DNA of 64,000 nucleotides from an uncultured Pseudanabaenaceae cyanobacterium (lineage in GTDB: Bacteria > Cyanobacteriota > Cyanobacteriia > PCC-9006 > JAAUQQ01), in the NCBI GenBank assembly GCA_937949725.1, contig CALECT010000017.1:13243-77242 (forward strand), read 5' to 3'. Under the pieces are notes generated by a model. That model was not told the DNA's origin, did not search any database, and worked only from the letters and a program-made list of their open reading frames with translations. Numbering within the stretch: position 1 is the first letter of the stretch; each line of letters begins with the position of its first letter. Below, one piece after another: positions 52,401 to 63,700 of the stretch. The position numbers and the translations under genes are program-made.

Positions 52401-55400
52401 GCTCAGAGGGAGGGGCGATTTACCAGCAGGACAGTAGCACCACGACTATTCTAAATTCTGATTTCAGAGATAATCAGGCTGTTGAATTTGGTGGGGCGAT
52501 CGCGAACCAAGGGGATAGCAATAGTCAATTAGATATTACAGGTGGCACCTTTTTACGGAATAGAGTGACTTCTAGCAGTTCAGTCTTGGGAGATGGAGGT
52601 GCCATCTTCATTGGTAGCAGTAGTAGTAATACAATTTCTGGAACGACGTTTTCTGCTAATACGGCAGCACTTGATGGAGGGGCAATCGCCGCAGAAGGAG
52701 CCGCAGAACTCAATATCGACGGAGCATCTTTCGTAAGCAATCAATCCCTCGGAGATAACGGCGGCGGATTATTTCTGATCGGAGATGCCACGCTGAACTT
52801 GAGTAATAGTGTTTTAGCTGGAAACACAGCAGCACAGGCTGGAGGGGGACTTTTTCAGTTTCAGAATGCCAAGTCCACGATTCTCAACACGCGATTTGAG
52901 AATAACCAGGCGGCTACGAGTGGGGGAGCGATCGCATCCCAAATCAATGCCAGCGGTCAGCTCACGATCTCCGGTAGCACTTTTGATAGCAATAGCGCTC
53001 AACAGGATGGCGGTGGTCTCTACTTGGATGCCCCTGCTGGAAGCTTGCTCTCGCTCAGTCAAAGCTTCTTCCTTAATAACAGTGCGCGGTCTGGTGGTGG
53101 CTTATTTAAGACGAATTCTGCTGACTTGACCATTGCGAATACACTTTTTGAACGCAATACCGCTACTGATCATGGAGGCGGCCTGGCAGCTCAATCCAGT
53201 AGTGGCATGATCACTCTGATGGATAGCAATATTGTTCAAAATGTTGCTGGGATAGATGGCGGTGGGATTCGCTTAAATGCTAGCAATCTTTCAGCCAGTA
53301 ACAGTTTGATCCTGACAAATGAAGCAACATTTGGTGGAGGCTTAGAGCTGGGCACTGGCAGCTCTGCCCTGGTGGACAATGTTCTGTTTCAGGGCAATGA
53401 CAGTTCCTCGCATGGTGGGGCAATCTCGATTGATGATTCTTCAATGGCAACGGTTACCAATAGTCGTTTCCTGAACAATCAATCTGATGGCCGAGGCGGT
53501 GCTATCAATACCAATGGTAGTTTGAGTCTTGATACTTCTTTAGTTCAAGCGAATAGTGCTGCGCAGAGAGGGGGAGGCATTGCCTTACAAGGCTCTAGCA
53601 GTGGCGCCGTTACAATTCGCTCTACAACTGTTAATGGTAATACCACTTCTGCCAGTGGTGGTGGGTTGTCCCATGAGGGCAGCCAAACCCTAATGATTGA
53701 GGGTAGTACCTTTAGTAACAATAATGCGACTGCTAATGGGGCTGGTTTAGACCTAAACCCCACGGCCTCTAGTCCTCCAATCCAACTGCAGAACAGCACT
53801 ATTTCAAGTAATATATCGGACTCTAGCGGTGGTGGGCTTTCTCTGGGGGCAAATGCCCCAGTGGACCTGAACAATGTAACGGTTGCAAATAATACTGCTA
53901 CCAGTGGTGGTGGTGGATTGACTAACCTCTTCGGTGGTAGTTTGACTTTGCAAAACACCATTGTGGCTGGAAATACCGCTGCGAGTAATCCAGACATTGC
54001 TGGCGTAATAACGAGCCTGGGCAATAATATTGTTCGAAGTCGAGCGACGAGCACGGGATATGTCAGCTCTGATTTGCCAGATGGCACGGATCCTCTCCTT
54101 TTGTCCTTGGCCAATAATGGTGGCCTGACTGAGACCCATGCACTAAGAGCAAATAGTGTTGCTGTTGATGCTGGTAATGGCAGTGCGACCTTCACAGATC
54201 AACGAGGCCTGACTGCTGTCAACCATCGAGATATTGGTGCTTATGAGCTGGACAATAACTTGACCGCTGTCACCAGTGGATTTGGGCAAACGACCCAGGT
54301 CACCCAAGCGTTTGCTAATCCTATTGAGCTGAGCATCACAGATTCTTTTGGGAGCGCGATCGCGGGTGTGGACGTTGTTGTGTCAGCTCCGACGACTGGA
54401 GCGAGCGCGAGCCTAGGTACATTGCGCACTGATGACAGTGGTGTTGCAACTGCCATAGCAACGGCTAATACAGTGGCTGGGACTTATGCCATCACGTTGG
54501 ATATTGGAAACCCACTCAATTTATATGGAATTTCCCTAACAAACACTCCTGATGTTCCTGACCAAATTGCGATCCTCAATGGCGACAACCAAAGCACCGT
54601 CGTCAATACTGCGTTTGCGAATCCACTTCAGCTTGCGGTGACAGATCAGTTTGGTAATCCGATTCCATTGCAGGCGTTAGGGGTTAGCTTGCCGGGCAGT
54701 GGCGCTAGCGCTACTGCAACCAATGGTACTGATCTTAATGCCATCTTTCTGGTAACTGATAGTGCAGGGCAAGTGATGGTCGATCTCACTGCTAATACGA
54801 TCGCTGGAAACTATGGGGTTGGTCTTACATCTGGAAGCCTAAGCAACAATGCAACGCTAACCAATCTGCCTGATGCCCCTGCACAACTGCTGGTGAACAG
54901 TGGCAATAACCAGAGCACCGTCGTTAATACTGCTTTTGCCAACCCGCTTCAGGCTACAGTTACGGACCAGTTTGGCAATGCGGTTCCTGGAGTGACCGTT
55001 GATTTGAGTTTGCCGGGAGCTGGGGCGAGTTCCAATGCGGGTGAGATCGCCTTAACCACCGATAATTTGGGGCAGGCTACCACTAGCCTCACTGCCAATA
55101 CTATCTCTGGCAGCTATGCCGTTGGCTTAACGGCGGGTGTCCTAGCGAGCAATCTGAGCTTGGAAAATCTGCCCGACGCACCGGCCCAGCTCAATGGCAA
55201 TGCTCAGACCACGGTGGTCAATACAGCCTTTGCTGATCCGCTTCAGGTGACGGTAACGGATCAATTTGGAAATGCGGTGCCGGGGGTGGCAGTGAATGTC
55301 AGTCTGCCGGGAGCTGGAGCAAGTGCCAATGCAGGGACAGTGGCTCTAACAACGGATGCGGCGGGCCAAGCGAACACTGGACTGGTGGCAAATACCACTG

Positions 55401-57529
55401 CTGGAGGCTATGGCCTCAGTTTATCGGCGGGGAGCTTGACGAGTAATGTTCCGCTCACCAATTTACCCGATGCTCCCGCTCATTTAGATGTCCTGGATGG
55501 AGATGGCCAGAGTACAGTTGTAAACACAGCATTTTCTAATCCGCTATTGGTGGCAGTAACGGATCAGTTTGGCAATGTTGTCCCAGGGGCGATCGTGAAC
55601 TTGAGTTTCCCAGGGACTGGGGCGAATGTCAGTGATAGCTCAACGGGTGGGGCTGTCTCGCTGACAACGGATAGCCTGGGGCAGGCCAGCACCAGCTTTG
55701 TAGCGAATACCGTTGCCGGTTCCTATGGCATTGGCTTATCGACGGGTACTGTGAGCAGCGGTATTAGCCTCACCAATTTGCCTGATGCTCCAGCCGAAGT
55801 GAACTTGCTAGGTGGCAATGAGCAAGTGGCACAGGTGAATACCACTTTTGCGGATGAGTTGCGAGTACAAGTTTTGGATCAGTTTGGCAATGTTATTCCA
55901 GGAGTGACCGTAACCTTTACTGCACCTACAGCAGGACCAAGCTCTGCGGCCAGTGCTGAACTTTCTGCGGTGACGGTAACGACTGATGGGGCGGGTGAGG
56001 GACAAGCCCTAGCGACAGCGAATGGACAAGCCGGAGCCTATCAAGTGGAGGCTGAGGTTGGGATTGCAACTGTGACGTTTGAACTGGAAAATGTTGTAGA
56101 TACGCCTTTACCAGAGTTACCAGAGCCAGAGGAGCTACCGCAAATATCTCTGCCTCCCACTCAAGCTCCCGAGTCCCCCACAGGAGCGCCGAGCGCGCCA
56201 GCTCCCCTAAGTTTGGTAAATACGACTGTGGTTGAGGAGATCGACAGTAGCTTCTCCGCTGCCTATACAGACTATTGGGGGACGCCTGCCTCAAGGGGGG
56301 TGACCGTAGCAGAAACCCGAATGGTCCTCGACAATGCGACAGAGGCCCATGGTGTGAACTCAGCGGTGGTCTATGGTTTGTTTGTCCCCCAGGCTCAAGC
56401 TGCGGATGAAGGGTTTGGAGCAACTCAAGTGGCGAGCATGGCGCTGAATCGCCGAGCTCAAACCGAGGAGCAGCGGGATGATGACCAGTTGATGTTGGTG
56501 TTGGTGCCCAGTAAAGGGCCGCTTGTGCAGCAGTTAGTGAGCGTGACCCGTGAGGAACTGTTGCAACAGGCTCGACTCTTTCGCATGGCGGTGTCGGACC
56601 CCTATGACGAATGGAGCTACAAGCCCTTGGCCCAGCAGATGTATAGCTGGATGTTGGAACCTGTGGAGTCAGAGCTAGAGCGCTTAAAACTCGATAACGT
56701 GATGTATGTGATGGATGCAGGGCTGCGGACCTTGCCCCTCGCGGCGATGATGAAAGAGGATGAGTTTGCCATTGAGCGCTATGGAATTTCTCTGATTCCC
56801 AGTGTTGATTTGCTGGAAACAGATTTTGGAGCTTCGGCTCCATCCTCTCAAATTGTGGCAGCGGGGGCGACGGAGTTTGAGCAGTTAAACGATCTCCCTG
56901 CGGTGGGGTTAGAGTTGGATGTTATTTCTTCACAGGCCATCCCGGAGACCACTCAGCAAAATTCAGTGAATGTGTTGTTCAATGAAGACTTTACTCAGGA
57001 GAATCTGCTTCAGGCACAGCAGGAAGGCCCAGCCAATATGCTTCATCTCGCCACCCACGGTGAGTTTAATGCGGGTGATTTAGGGAGTTCCTATCTGCAG
57101 TTTTGGGATGATCAGCTCACGTTGGATGACATTAGTAAACTGGGTTGGGATGAACTAGAGTTGCTCATTCTCAGCGCTTGCCAAACTGCCATTAGCAGCC
57201 CCGAAGCAGAGCTGGGTTTTGCAGGACTTGCAGCAGCCACCGGCGTTGAGAGTACCATTGGTAGCCTGTGGAGCGTTTCTGACATAGGAACGCTGGGCTT
57301 AATGAGTGAGTTTTATGGACAACTTGCTAAGACTCCCCTACGTTTTGAAGCCTTGCGTCAGGCCCAGATGGCGATGTTGCAGGGAGAGACTCGCTTAACT
57401 AATCAGCAGCTACAGACCGAGCGAGGTGACATTGATTTACCAGAGGAGTGGGATTTACCTGAGTCGGCTGACTTCTCCCATCCTTTCTACTGGTCTGGCT
57501 TTACCCTGGTGGGAAATCCTTGGTGGTAG
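49439..57529 (+). CDS. Giant secreted TpsA-like protein: haemagglutination/TPS domain, GGAI/FxxN beta-helix repeats, choice-of-anchor-Q-like segment, six Big_1-like Ig repeats, Pro linker, C-terminal CHAT protease
   Basis: Signal peptide ..PLLGVASPFAQA; ENLFHRF..LLNPNG; many GGAI repeats; DPLL..LANNGG.T.TH..DQRG..DIGAYE; six Q(S/T)xxVNTAFxxP-like units; CHAT motifs LHLATHG, LSACQTA, GSLWSV, HPFYWSGFTLVGNPW. Confidence 0.9.
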   Translation: MAAAFSTTGKTLAFLPLLGVASPFAQAAEVPFPSLSPFPNQPDPMVSGSQVGQTAAIASPITPLADSMSVEASSPQFVAQVLPTDGATQTQVLVDAGGDQFEIRGGAQAGENLFHRFDQLDLEAGQTANFQTPAGLEAVFSQVGGGPSSIDGTLKVSGSSADLFLLNPNGVVFGPNAQLDLNGSFTATTADRIQVGDQWVDLLEEGVTAQTAVAGSVEALEFSADAAGGAIANQGQLAVTDGQSLGLLGNAVVNTGSLSAPGGEVTVLSASGGQRVSLEGGLLNLELPGAQAGSSPRHSLPAVVAQPVAEATGLSLNADGSVSLQAGTSVLSGTVDVSSAEAVGGQVKVLGNEVQVTNAVVDASGAAGGDIHVGGDYQGRGEMLRAVSTRLNAASVLRADGIASNSDIRPDGGEVIVWSDGTAEFAGTATARSLAPGGDGGLVETSGKQQLNIVSTTNVNTASVDGATGRWLIDPLDLTVVNGGGVGTITGGANDPLSSTIDAATVETALDGNNVQLQATNSITVDAPIDASTNISGGNLGLDAPTLNLNERVTLVSGSQLSGTANTVNVGANGSIQNAVDAAVSGGTVNLAAATYREGSEIIVDKQIRLQGQGTASTTISGDANGDGNAAGNRADNHRILHLDSSADGTTLSGITFSDGITSSGGGGIENDADNVTIENSVFSNNRVLGSGEDGGAIHTHGDGLRIDNTLFTINVAEDDGGAIDIGNGSVEISNSIFADNGALNGDGGAIDIDPNGSLTIAASRFESNTAVGDGGAIYSEGRLQIDQTEFDGNLAVDEGGGIALAQSSDATIEDSRFISNSATRGGGIVALGNAASSLTITNSEFELNTATTSAAGDGGAVQIASSGSITIQDSEFRNNEAQDDGGAIEIFQGALTLRDNAFSNNRAADGHGGALDIDSPASVIASGNTFTFNEAPLGGAIANDGSISITNDLFQNNVASVDGGAIYQKADGIAQISTAEFTGNTAGSEGGAIYQQDSSTTTILNSDFRDNQAVEFGGAIANQGDSNSQLDITGGTFLRNRVTSSSSVLGDGGAIFIGSSSSNTISGTTFSANTAALDGGAIAAEGAAELNIDGASFVSNQSLGDNGGGLFLIGDATLNLSNSVLAGNTAAQAGGGLFQFQNAKSTILNTRFENNQAATSGGAIASQINASGQLTISGSTFDSNSAQQDGGGLYLDAPAGSLLSLSQSFFLNNSARSGGGLFKTNSADLTIANTLFERNTATDHGGGLAAQSSSGMITLMDSNIVQNVAGIDGGGIRLNASNLSASNSLILTNEATFGGGLELGTGSSALVDNVLFQGNDSSSHGGAISIDDSSMATVTNSRFLNNQSDGRGGAINTNGSLSLDTSLVQANSAAQRGGGIALQGSSSGAVTIRSTTVNGNTTSASGGGLSHEGSQTLMIEGSTFSNNNATANGAGLDLNPTASSPPIQLQNSTISSNISDSSGGGLSLGANAPVDLNNVTVANNTATSGGGGLTNLFGGSLTLQNTIVAGNTAASNPDIAGVITSLGNNIVRSRATSTGYVSSDLPDGTDPLLLSLANNGGLTETHALRANSVAVDAGNGSATFTDQRGLTAVNHRDIGAYELDNNLTAVTSGFGQTTQVTQAFANPIELSITDSFGSAIAGVDVVVSAPTTGASASLGTLRTDDSGVATAIATANTVAGTYAITLDIGNPLNLYGISLTNTPDVPDQIAILNGDNQSTVVNTAFANPLQLAVTDQFGNPIPLQALGVSLPGSGASATATNGTDLNAIFLVTDSAGQVMVDLTANTIAGNYGVGLTSGSLSNNATLTNLPDAPAQLLVNSGNNQSTVVNTAFANPLQATVTDQFGNAVPGVTVDLSLPGAGASSNAGEIALTTDNLGQATTSLTANTISGSYAVGLTAGVLASNLSLENLPDAPAQLNGNAQTTVVNTAFADPLQVTVTDQFGNAVPGVAVNVSLPGAGASANAGTVALTTDAAGQANTGLVANTTAGGYGLSLSAGSLTSNVPLTNLPDAPAHLDVLDGDGQSTVVNTAFSNPLLVAVTDQFGNVVPGAIVNLSFPGTGANVSDSSTGGAVSLTTDSLGQASTSFVANTVAGSYGIGLSTGTVSSGISLTNLPDAPAEVNLLGGNEQVAQVNTTFADELRVQVLDQFGNVIPGVTVTFTAPTAGPSSAASAELSAVTVTTDGAGEGQALATANGQAGAYQVEAEVGIATVTFELENVVDTPLPELPEPEELPQISLPPTQAPESPTGAPSAPAPLSLVNTTVVEEIDSSFSAAYTDYWGTPASRGVTVAETRMVLDNATEAHGVNSAVVYGLFVPQAQAADEGFGATQVASMALNRRAQTEEQRDDDQLMLVLVPSKGPLVQQLVSVTREELLQQARLFRMAVSDPYDEWSYKPLAQQMYSWMLEPVESELERLKLDNVMYVMDAGLRTLPLAAMMKEDEFAIERYGISLIPSVDLLETDFGASAPSSQIVAAGATEFEQLNDLPAVGLELDVISSQAIPETTQQNSVNVLFNEDFTQENLLQAQQEGPANMLHLATHGEFNAGDLGSSYLQFWDDQLTLDDISKLGWDELELLILSACQTAISSPEAELGFAGLAAATGVESTIGSLWSVSDIGTLGLMSEFYGQLAKTPLRFEALRQAQMAMLQGETRLTNQQLQTERGDIDLPEEWDLPESADFSHPFYWSGFTLVGNPWW

Positions 57530-57760
57530 GAATCGGGAAGTTGTTGCTCACGAGAGTGAACTTCAATACAACTACGTAGATATTTCAAGACAGAATTGGA
57601 AATACTAGTTTTATAGCAATGGTTTTACTGAGGGGACAATTGGCATCGCTACTTGCCATCCCTTACTGGATAAGTGCTGGAATATCCTAAGTGCTCTAAC
57701 TGGCGCTACAACGTCTGGGTGATTGAGCTCTACCGCTCCAAATCATCAACTGCCTCATCA

Positions 57761-60700
57761 ATGAATAGCCTGATTGGGAACCTTCCCAAGAGCTTATTGC
57801 TTCTGCCTTTACTGGGAGTCACAGCACCGAAGTCTCGGGCAGCGGAACCCTCACTTTTACCTTTAGAGCCTGGAGCGACAACTAAAGCGGGTGATTTGCG
57901 CTTTAGCCACGATATAACCCAGATTAGGCGATCGCCCATTGCTCCAGCCCCTAGTGGGGCTGTGGAAGCTTTTGCTGCCCAGACCTCCGATGGGGATTCG
58001 CCGCTGATCATTGCCCAGGTCATTCCCACCCCTGGGGCGGTCAACACCCAGGTTGAGCTAGATGCCAGCGGAACAGACTTTCAGATCACCGGCGGCACCC
58101 AAACCGGAGAGAATCTCTTCCACCGATTCGATCAGCTGGACCTGAATGCGGGACAGATCGCAGACTTTGAGGTGCATCCTGGCGTTGAGACAATCTTGAG
58201 TGAAATTGGTAGTGGACCGTCGAACATTGATGGATTGCTCAAGGTAAGCGGCGGCAGCGCAGATTTATTTGTAATCAACCCAGCAGGGGTTGTGCTGGGG
58301 CCCAATGCCCAGCTCGACCTGAGTGGCTCATTTGTGGCGACGACAGCGGATCGGCTGGAATTTAGTAATGGTGAGATCGATCTTTTAGATGAGGGCTTTA
58401 CGGAGCAAACGGTGGTCTCTGGATCACTGGATTCTCTGGGCTTTTCTGCTCATGCAGCCGGTGGTGTCATTGTGAATCAAGGGCAGCTAGCCGTTGATGC
58501 TGGCCAGTCGATTGGGCTGCTGGGTCATGCTGTGATCAATACCGGCGAGCTGAAGGCTCCGGGGGGGGAGGTGACAGTGCTGGCGGCGAAGGGTGGGCAG
58601 CAGGTGAGCTTGCAGGGTGAGTTGTTGAACCTGGAGTTGGCTGCCCCTGTCGCGGATGGTTCATCAAATCCTGTGCTCTGGAATAATGCCTCGCAGTCTC
58701 TTGTTGAAGCAACAGGCTTGAGCCAGAACACCGATGGTTCTATTTCCCTAGCGGCGGGGACGGTACGCGTCTCGGGCGATGTAGATGTCTCCTCAGTCAT
58801 TGGGGCAGGCGGCACTGCGACTCTGCTGGGAGATCAGGTCCAGGTCGTGGATGCCGTGGTTGATGCTTCTGGTGCAGAAGGTGGCTTGATTCGGGTGGGA
58901 GGCGACTATCAGGGCCAGGGCGAGTTGCTCCGCGCCAGGGCAACCCAGGTGGATACTGCATCGGTGCTGCGGGCTGATGGTGGTGCTTCAACCCTAGGCA
59001 TTCGTCCCGATGGTGGAGAAGTGATTGTTTGGTCCGATGGCACGACTGAGTTTGCTGGGACAGCGACTGCGCAGTCTCTCGCGCCAGGCGGAGAGGGGGG
59101 CTTAGTTGAGACCTCCGCAAAGCAGCAGTTGGCGATCGCCCCTACAGCAAATGTCAATACAACTTCAGTAGATGGTGCAACGGGCCAGTGGCTGATTGAT
59201 CCGGTGGATCTAACGGTGGTTAATGGCGGTGGAGCAGGCTCCATCGTGGGTGGGACCAACTCGCCTGCTGGAGCGAGCACGATTGATGCAGCCACCATAG
59301 AAGCGGGACTGAATGGTAATAATGTTGTTCTTCAGGCTGATAATTCCATTACCGTCAATGCTCCTATTGATGCTTCTGCCAATCCCAGCGGGGGCGATCT
59401 AGAGCTAGATGCTCCAACGCTTAACTTGAATGAGCGAGTGATGCTAGTCGCCGGGAGTGACCTCTCGGGTACTGCGACGACAGTGAATGTGGGGGCAAAC
59501 GGCGGTGTTCAGAATGGTGTTGATGCTGTCGCAACAGGAGGCACTGTTAACTTGGCTGTGGCGACTTACCGTGAAGGTCAAGAAATTATCATTGACAAAT
59601 CCCTGACGCTCCAAGGTCAAGGAGCTGAAGATACCACCATCAGTGGCGATGCTGATAATAATGGAGATGGAGACCATCGTGTCCTGGAGGCAATGGGGGC
59701 AGGCAACAATATTGTTCTGCAACAGTTGACGATTGCTGACGGAAGAACGGGTGGCATTGGTGCTTCTGGTGGTGGTTTAACGGCGGTGGATGTAAATTTG
59801 ACGATCGCCGATGCTGTATTTCGTAATAACAGAACGGTGGGTAATGGCAGTCAGGATGGTGGTGCGTTTCATCAAGCTGATGCGAGTGTGACAGTTACAC
59901 GATCGCAATTTATTGATAACCAGTCCACCCATGATGGTGGTGCGATTAACCTTCAATCTGGTTCTCTGAACATTAGCGATAGTACTTTTACCCAGAATAT
60001 TGCCCTCTCAGAAGGTGGGGCAATTGATAATGATCGATTTGGTTCGCTAACTATTACCAACAGTAATTTTTCGGATAACACAGCTGCGCTAAGGGGCGGA
60101 GCAATAATGATTGATGCCAATGTGGGTGCGGTCTCTGTCGCTGACAGTAACTTTTCAAATAACAGCTCAGGAAACGGTGGGGCGATCCTTATTGATCGCA
60201 ATGCAGGACCAATCTCTATTACTGGGGGGAATTTTTCAAATAATACAGCAGATGATGGTGGTGCTATTTTTACTGAGTCAGCAGTTGAGATTGCCGGCAG
60301 CAACTTCACAGATAATATTGCTAACGAATCTGGAGGTGCACTCTTACTGACCTCTTCTAGTAGTGGAAATTCGATTCAAGGCAGCAGTTTTATTCGGAAC
60401 CAAGCGCTAGCTCAAAATGGAGGTGCAATTGATGCACAAGTTAATTCATCACTTCAGCTCTCAGCTAACAATTTTACTCAGAATCAGGCTCAAAGAGATG
60501 GGGGGGCAATCCGCAATGATGGAGTAATCACGCTTTCTGATACGACATTAACCAATAACCAGTCTGTAGATCGCCGAGGAGGAGCAATTCATCTCAGCAG
60601 CAATGGAAGACTTACAATTACCAATAGCAACTTTACGGGTAATCAAGCGGGCGATCACGGTGGTGCCTTAGCTTCGTTTAGCACTGATAGCAACTCTCTG

Positions 60701-63700
60701 ACAATTGATAACAGTACCTTCGTAAACAATCATTCAGATCGATTCGGCGGGGGGCTGTATTTAGATAGCACCAATGGAAGGATCGACCTGTTCGACGTCA
60801 CCTTACAAAATAACACTGCTCAAGATGGTGGTGGTCTCTATAAATTAGATGGTGCCACTTTAGAGATAATCGGAAATAGCCGCTTTGAAGACAACATCGC
60901 TACACGGTTTGGTGGTGGTTTAGTAAACGATCGAGTTGATGGCGATGTTAATCTCATAGGCACTCTATTTCGTAATAATGATGCCAGTGATGATGGAGGG
61001 GCGATACACCTGCGCAATGGGAGTCAATTGACAGGGGAAGATCTCACCTTCCTGAACAATACTGCTCAAGATGGCGGTGCTATCGATTTATCAAGTGGAA
61101 CGCAGCTCAGCCTGACGGATAGTATTTTTCAAGCCAACCAAGCAACGACTGGAGGGGCTATTGATGTGGATACTAATTCACAACTCAATCTGACCCGTGG
61201 AAGCTTCCGCAATAATTCATCCCTTACTGGAGGGGCTATCCGCAGTGATAGTGGTCAGATTACTGCGGATAGAACTGAATTTATCAATAACCAAGCTGGG
61301 ATCTCAGGGGGGGCAATTGTTCACGCAGGTAGTGCCATTGCCTCGCTCACTAATGTCACGTTCACGGGCAATACAGCAGATAGATTTGGTGGTGCAATCT
61401 TTAATGAAGGTGATGTTAATAGTCAACTCGAAATTTCAGGAAGTGACTTTTCTCAGAATCAAGTTTTATCTAGCAATTCTGCTTCCGGTGATGGAGGGGC
61501 CATTTCAATTCGTGGAGATGGAGCAACGACGATCTCTGCAACTGATTTTTCTGAGAATCAGGCCACCTTTGATGGTGGCGCGATCGCGAACTCGGCCAAT
61601 TCGGGGCAGCTCACCATTACTGGAAGCCAATTTATTGAAAACCAAGCGGTTGGACCTGGTGGTGCAATTGATAACCAAGGCCGCCTGACCATTGACCAGA
61701 GCAGTTTTACTCGGAATCAAACGACTAGTACAACAACAGGCAATGGTGGGGCGATCGCGAATCGTTTTGCCCAGGCAGAGTTGACAATCGATCAGACGAG
61801 CTTTGTTGATAATCAATCCAGTCGGCAAGGTGGGGGGGTATTCAACTTTCAAGCTGCAGCACTGACGGTCACCAATTCTAGTTTTGAAGGGGGCTCAGCC
61901 ACATTAGGAGGCGGGATTTACAGTGGGTTCTCGCCAGCTGATATCGCTGACAGTCACTTTGAAGGCAACGAAGTTGCTCCAGGAGCCACCACCGGTGATG
62001 GGGCAGCTATCTATAACTTAAGTGGCGATCTGACAGTGGTTGGCTCGACTTTTGTCGACAATCAAGCAACTGATTTTGGTGGCGCCATTCTGAGCTCAGA
62101 GCCAGATGCAACTCTTGTTGTACAAGATAGTGACTTTACCAATAACCGAGCTCGGATTGGTGGAGCTGTGCATCAATTCCAAGGTCAGTTGACCGTTGAA
62201 GATTCTGATTTCTTAAATAACCAAGCTGATCAAGGCGGAGCCCTAAACGTGGTTGGTCTATCTGCAGGTAGCCGGATTCAGAACAGCCTGATTCAGGGCA
62301 ACCAAAGCACAACCACGGGCGGTGGCATCAATCTAGCCAGTGATGCAGAATTGCTGTTGACAGAGGTGGTGCTGGACCAAAACCAAGCCGATCAAAGTGG
62401 CGGTGGTTTAGCAGCACCTTCAGCCCAAGGTTTTTCTGGCAACCTTGAGATTGTGGATAGCAGTTTTACCAACAATCAGGCTGGGCAAAATGGAGGAGGT
62501 CTATTTCAAGAAAATGGGAGCTTGCAGATCCGTGGCTCCCAATTTATCGATAATGTGGCCCAGCGTCGGGGAGGCGGGCTTAACTTAACGGATGTCTCAA
62601 ATGCCGTCATTGAACAGACCTTACTGGAAGAAAATCAGGCTATAAACCTGGCTGGTGGTGGTGCGAGCCTTGAAGGTAATACGAATCTGACCTTGACTCA
62701 ATCTATTTTGCGTCAAAATCAAGCCGTCGGAACGGGGGGAGCCCTGTCCGCTCAGGAGTCTAATAATTTTTCAGGTGATGTCACGGTCAGTGACAGTTCT
62801 TTTGAACAAAACCTCGGCAGCTTTGGGGGGGCGATCCATTTCAATCCCAGTCCTTTAGGCGGAACATTGAGCGTTGAAGGATCTAGCTTTATCGCGAATC
62901 AAGCTCAAAGATCGGCTGGCGCTTTGCAAATATCAGACGGTGCTATTGCCGTGATTGAACGCTCTACATTTTCTGGTAACCAGGCCAATGAAACTGGAGG
63001 GGCTATCCGCAGTGGTGGCAACTTGACCATAGAGCGGAGCACAATCGCGAATAATATTTCTGATGTTGATACAACTGGAGATGGCCGAGGTGGTGGAATT
63101 TTGCAGCAGCAAGGGCAAGTCAGTGTAAGCAACTCAATTGTGGCCCAAAATCAGGTGGGGAGTGATGCGACTGCGATCGCGGCTGACCTATCAGGTAACT
63201 TTCAGGACTTGGGTAATAACCTGATTGGCATCGCAGATGGCGCAACGGGGCTAACTAGCAGCGCCTTACTAGGCAGCACAGCTGCTCCACTTAACCCACT
63301 ATTAGGCCCTCTGGGCAATTACGGCGGCCTAACCCAAACCCTGCCATTGCTGCCCGGTAGCCCTGCGATTGATGCAGCCAATGCCTCTGTTCTGGATCAG
63401 CGAGGCATTGCTCAAGTGAGTGTTGCAACGGATGTTGGTGCCTTTGAATCTCAGGGTTTTGTTGCCCCCCCCTCCTCAGGCACGCCTCAAAGCACTGAGA
63501 TAAATACGGCTTTTGCAGATCCGCTGACGCTAGTTATTTCCAGCACCTTTGGAGAACCTGTGGATGGGGGACAGATCAACTATGCTGCACCAGCCTCAGG
63601 AGCGAGTATCGACTCCCTTCAAAATCCGATTTCTGTCGCAATTACAGGCGGAATCGCTCAACTACCAGTCACTGCTAATGCCCTTGAAGGGCAATATGAT

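Noticed and set aside
55926..56843. 305-aa minus-strand ORF, and similar long antisense ORFs (53545-54195, 26956-27615, 21862-22497, 5816-6400)
   Set aside because: Shadow frames of well-supported genes on the opposite strand, with no recognisable motifs.
56480..57529. CHAT domain as part of a CRISPR type III-E Craspase or other anti-phage system
   Set aside because: No cas genes, CRISPR array or TPR region, and the domain is fused to a secreted adhesin-like protein.
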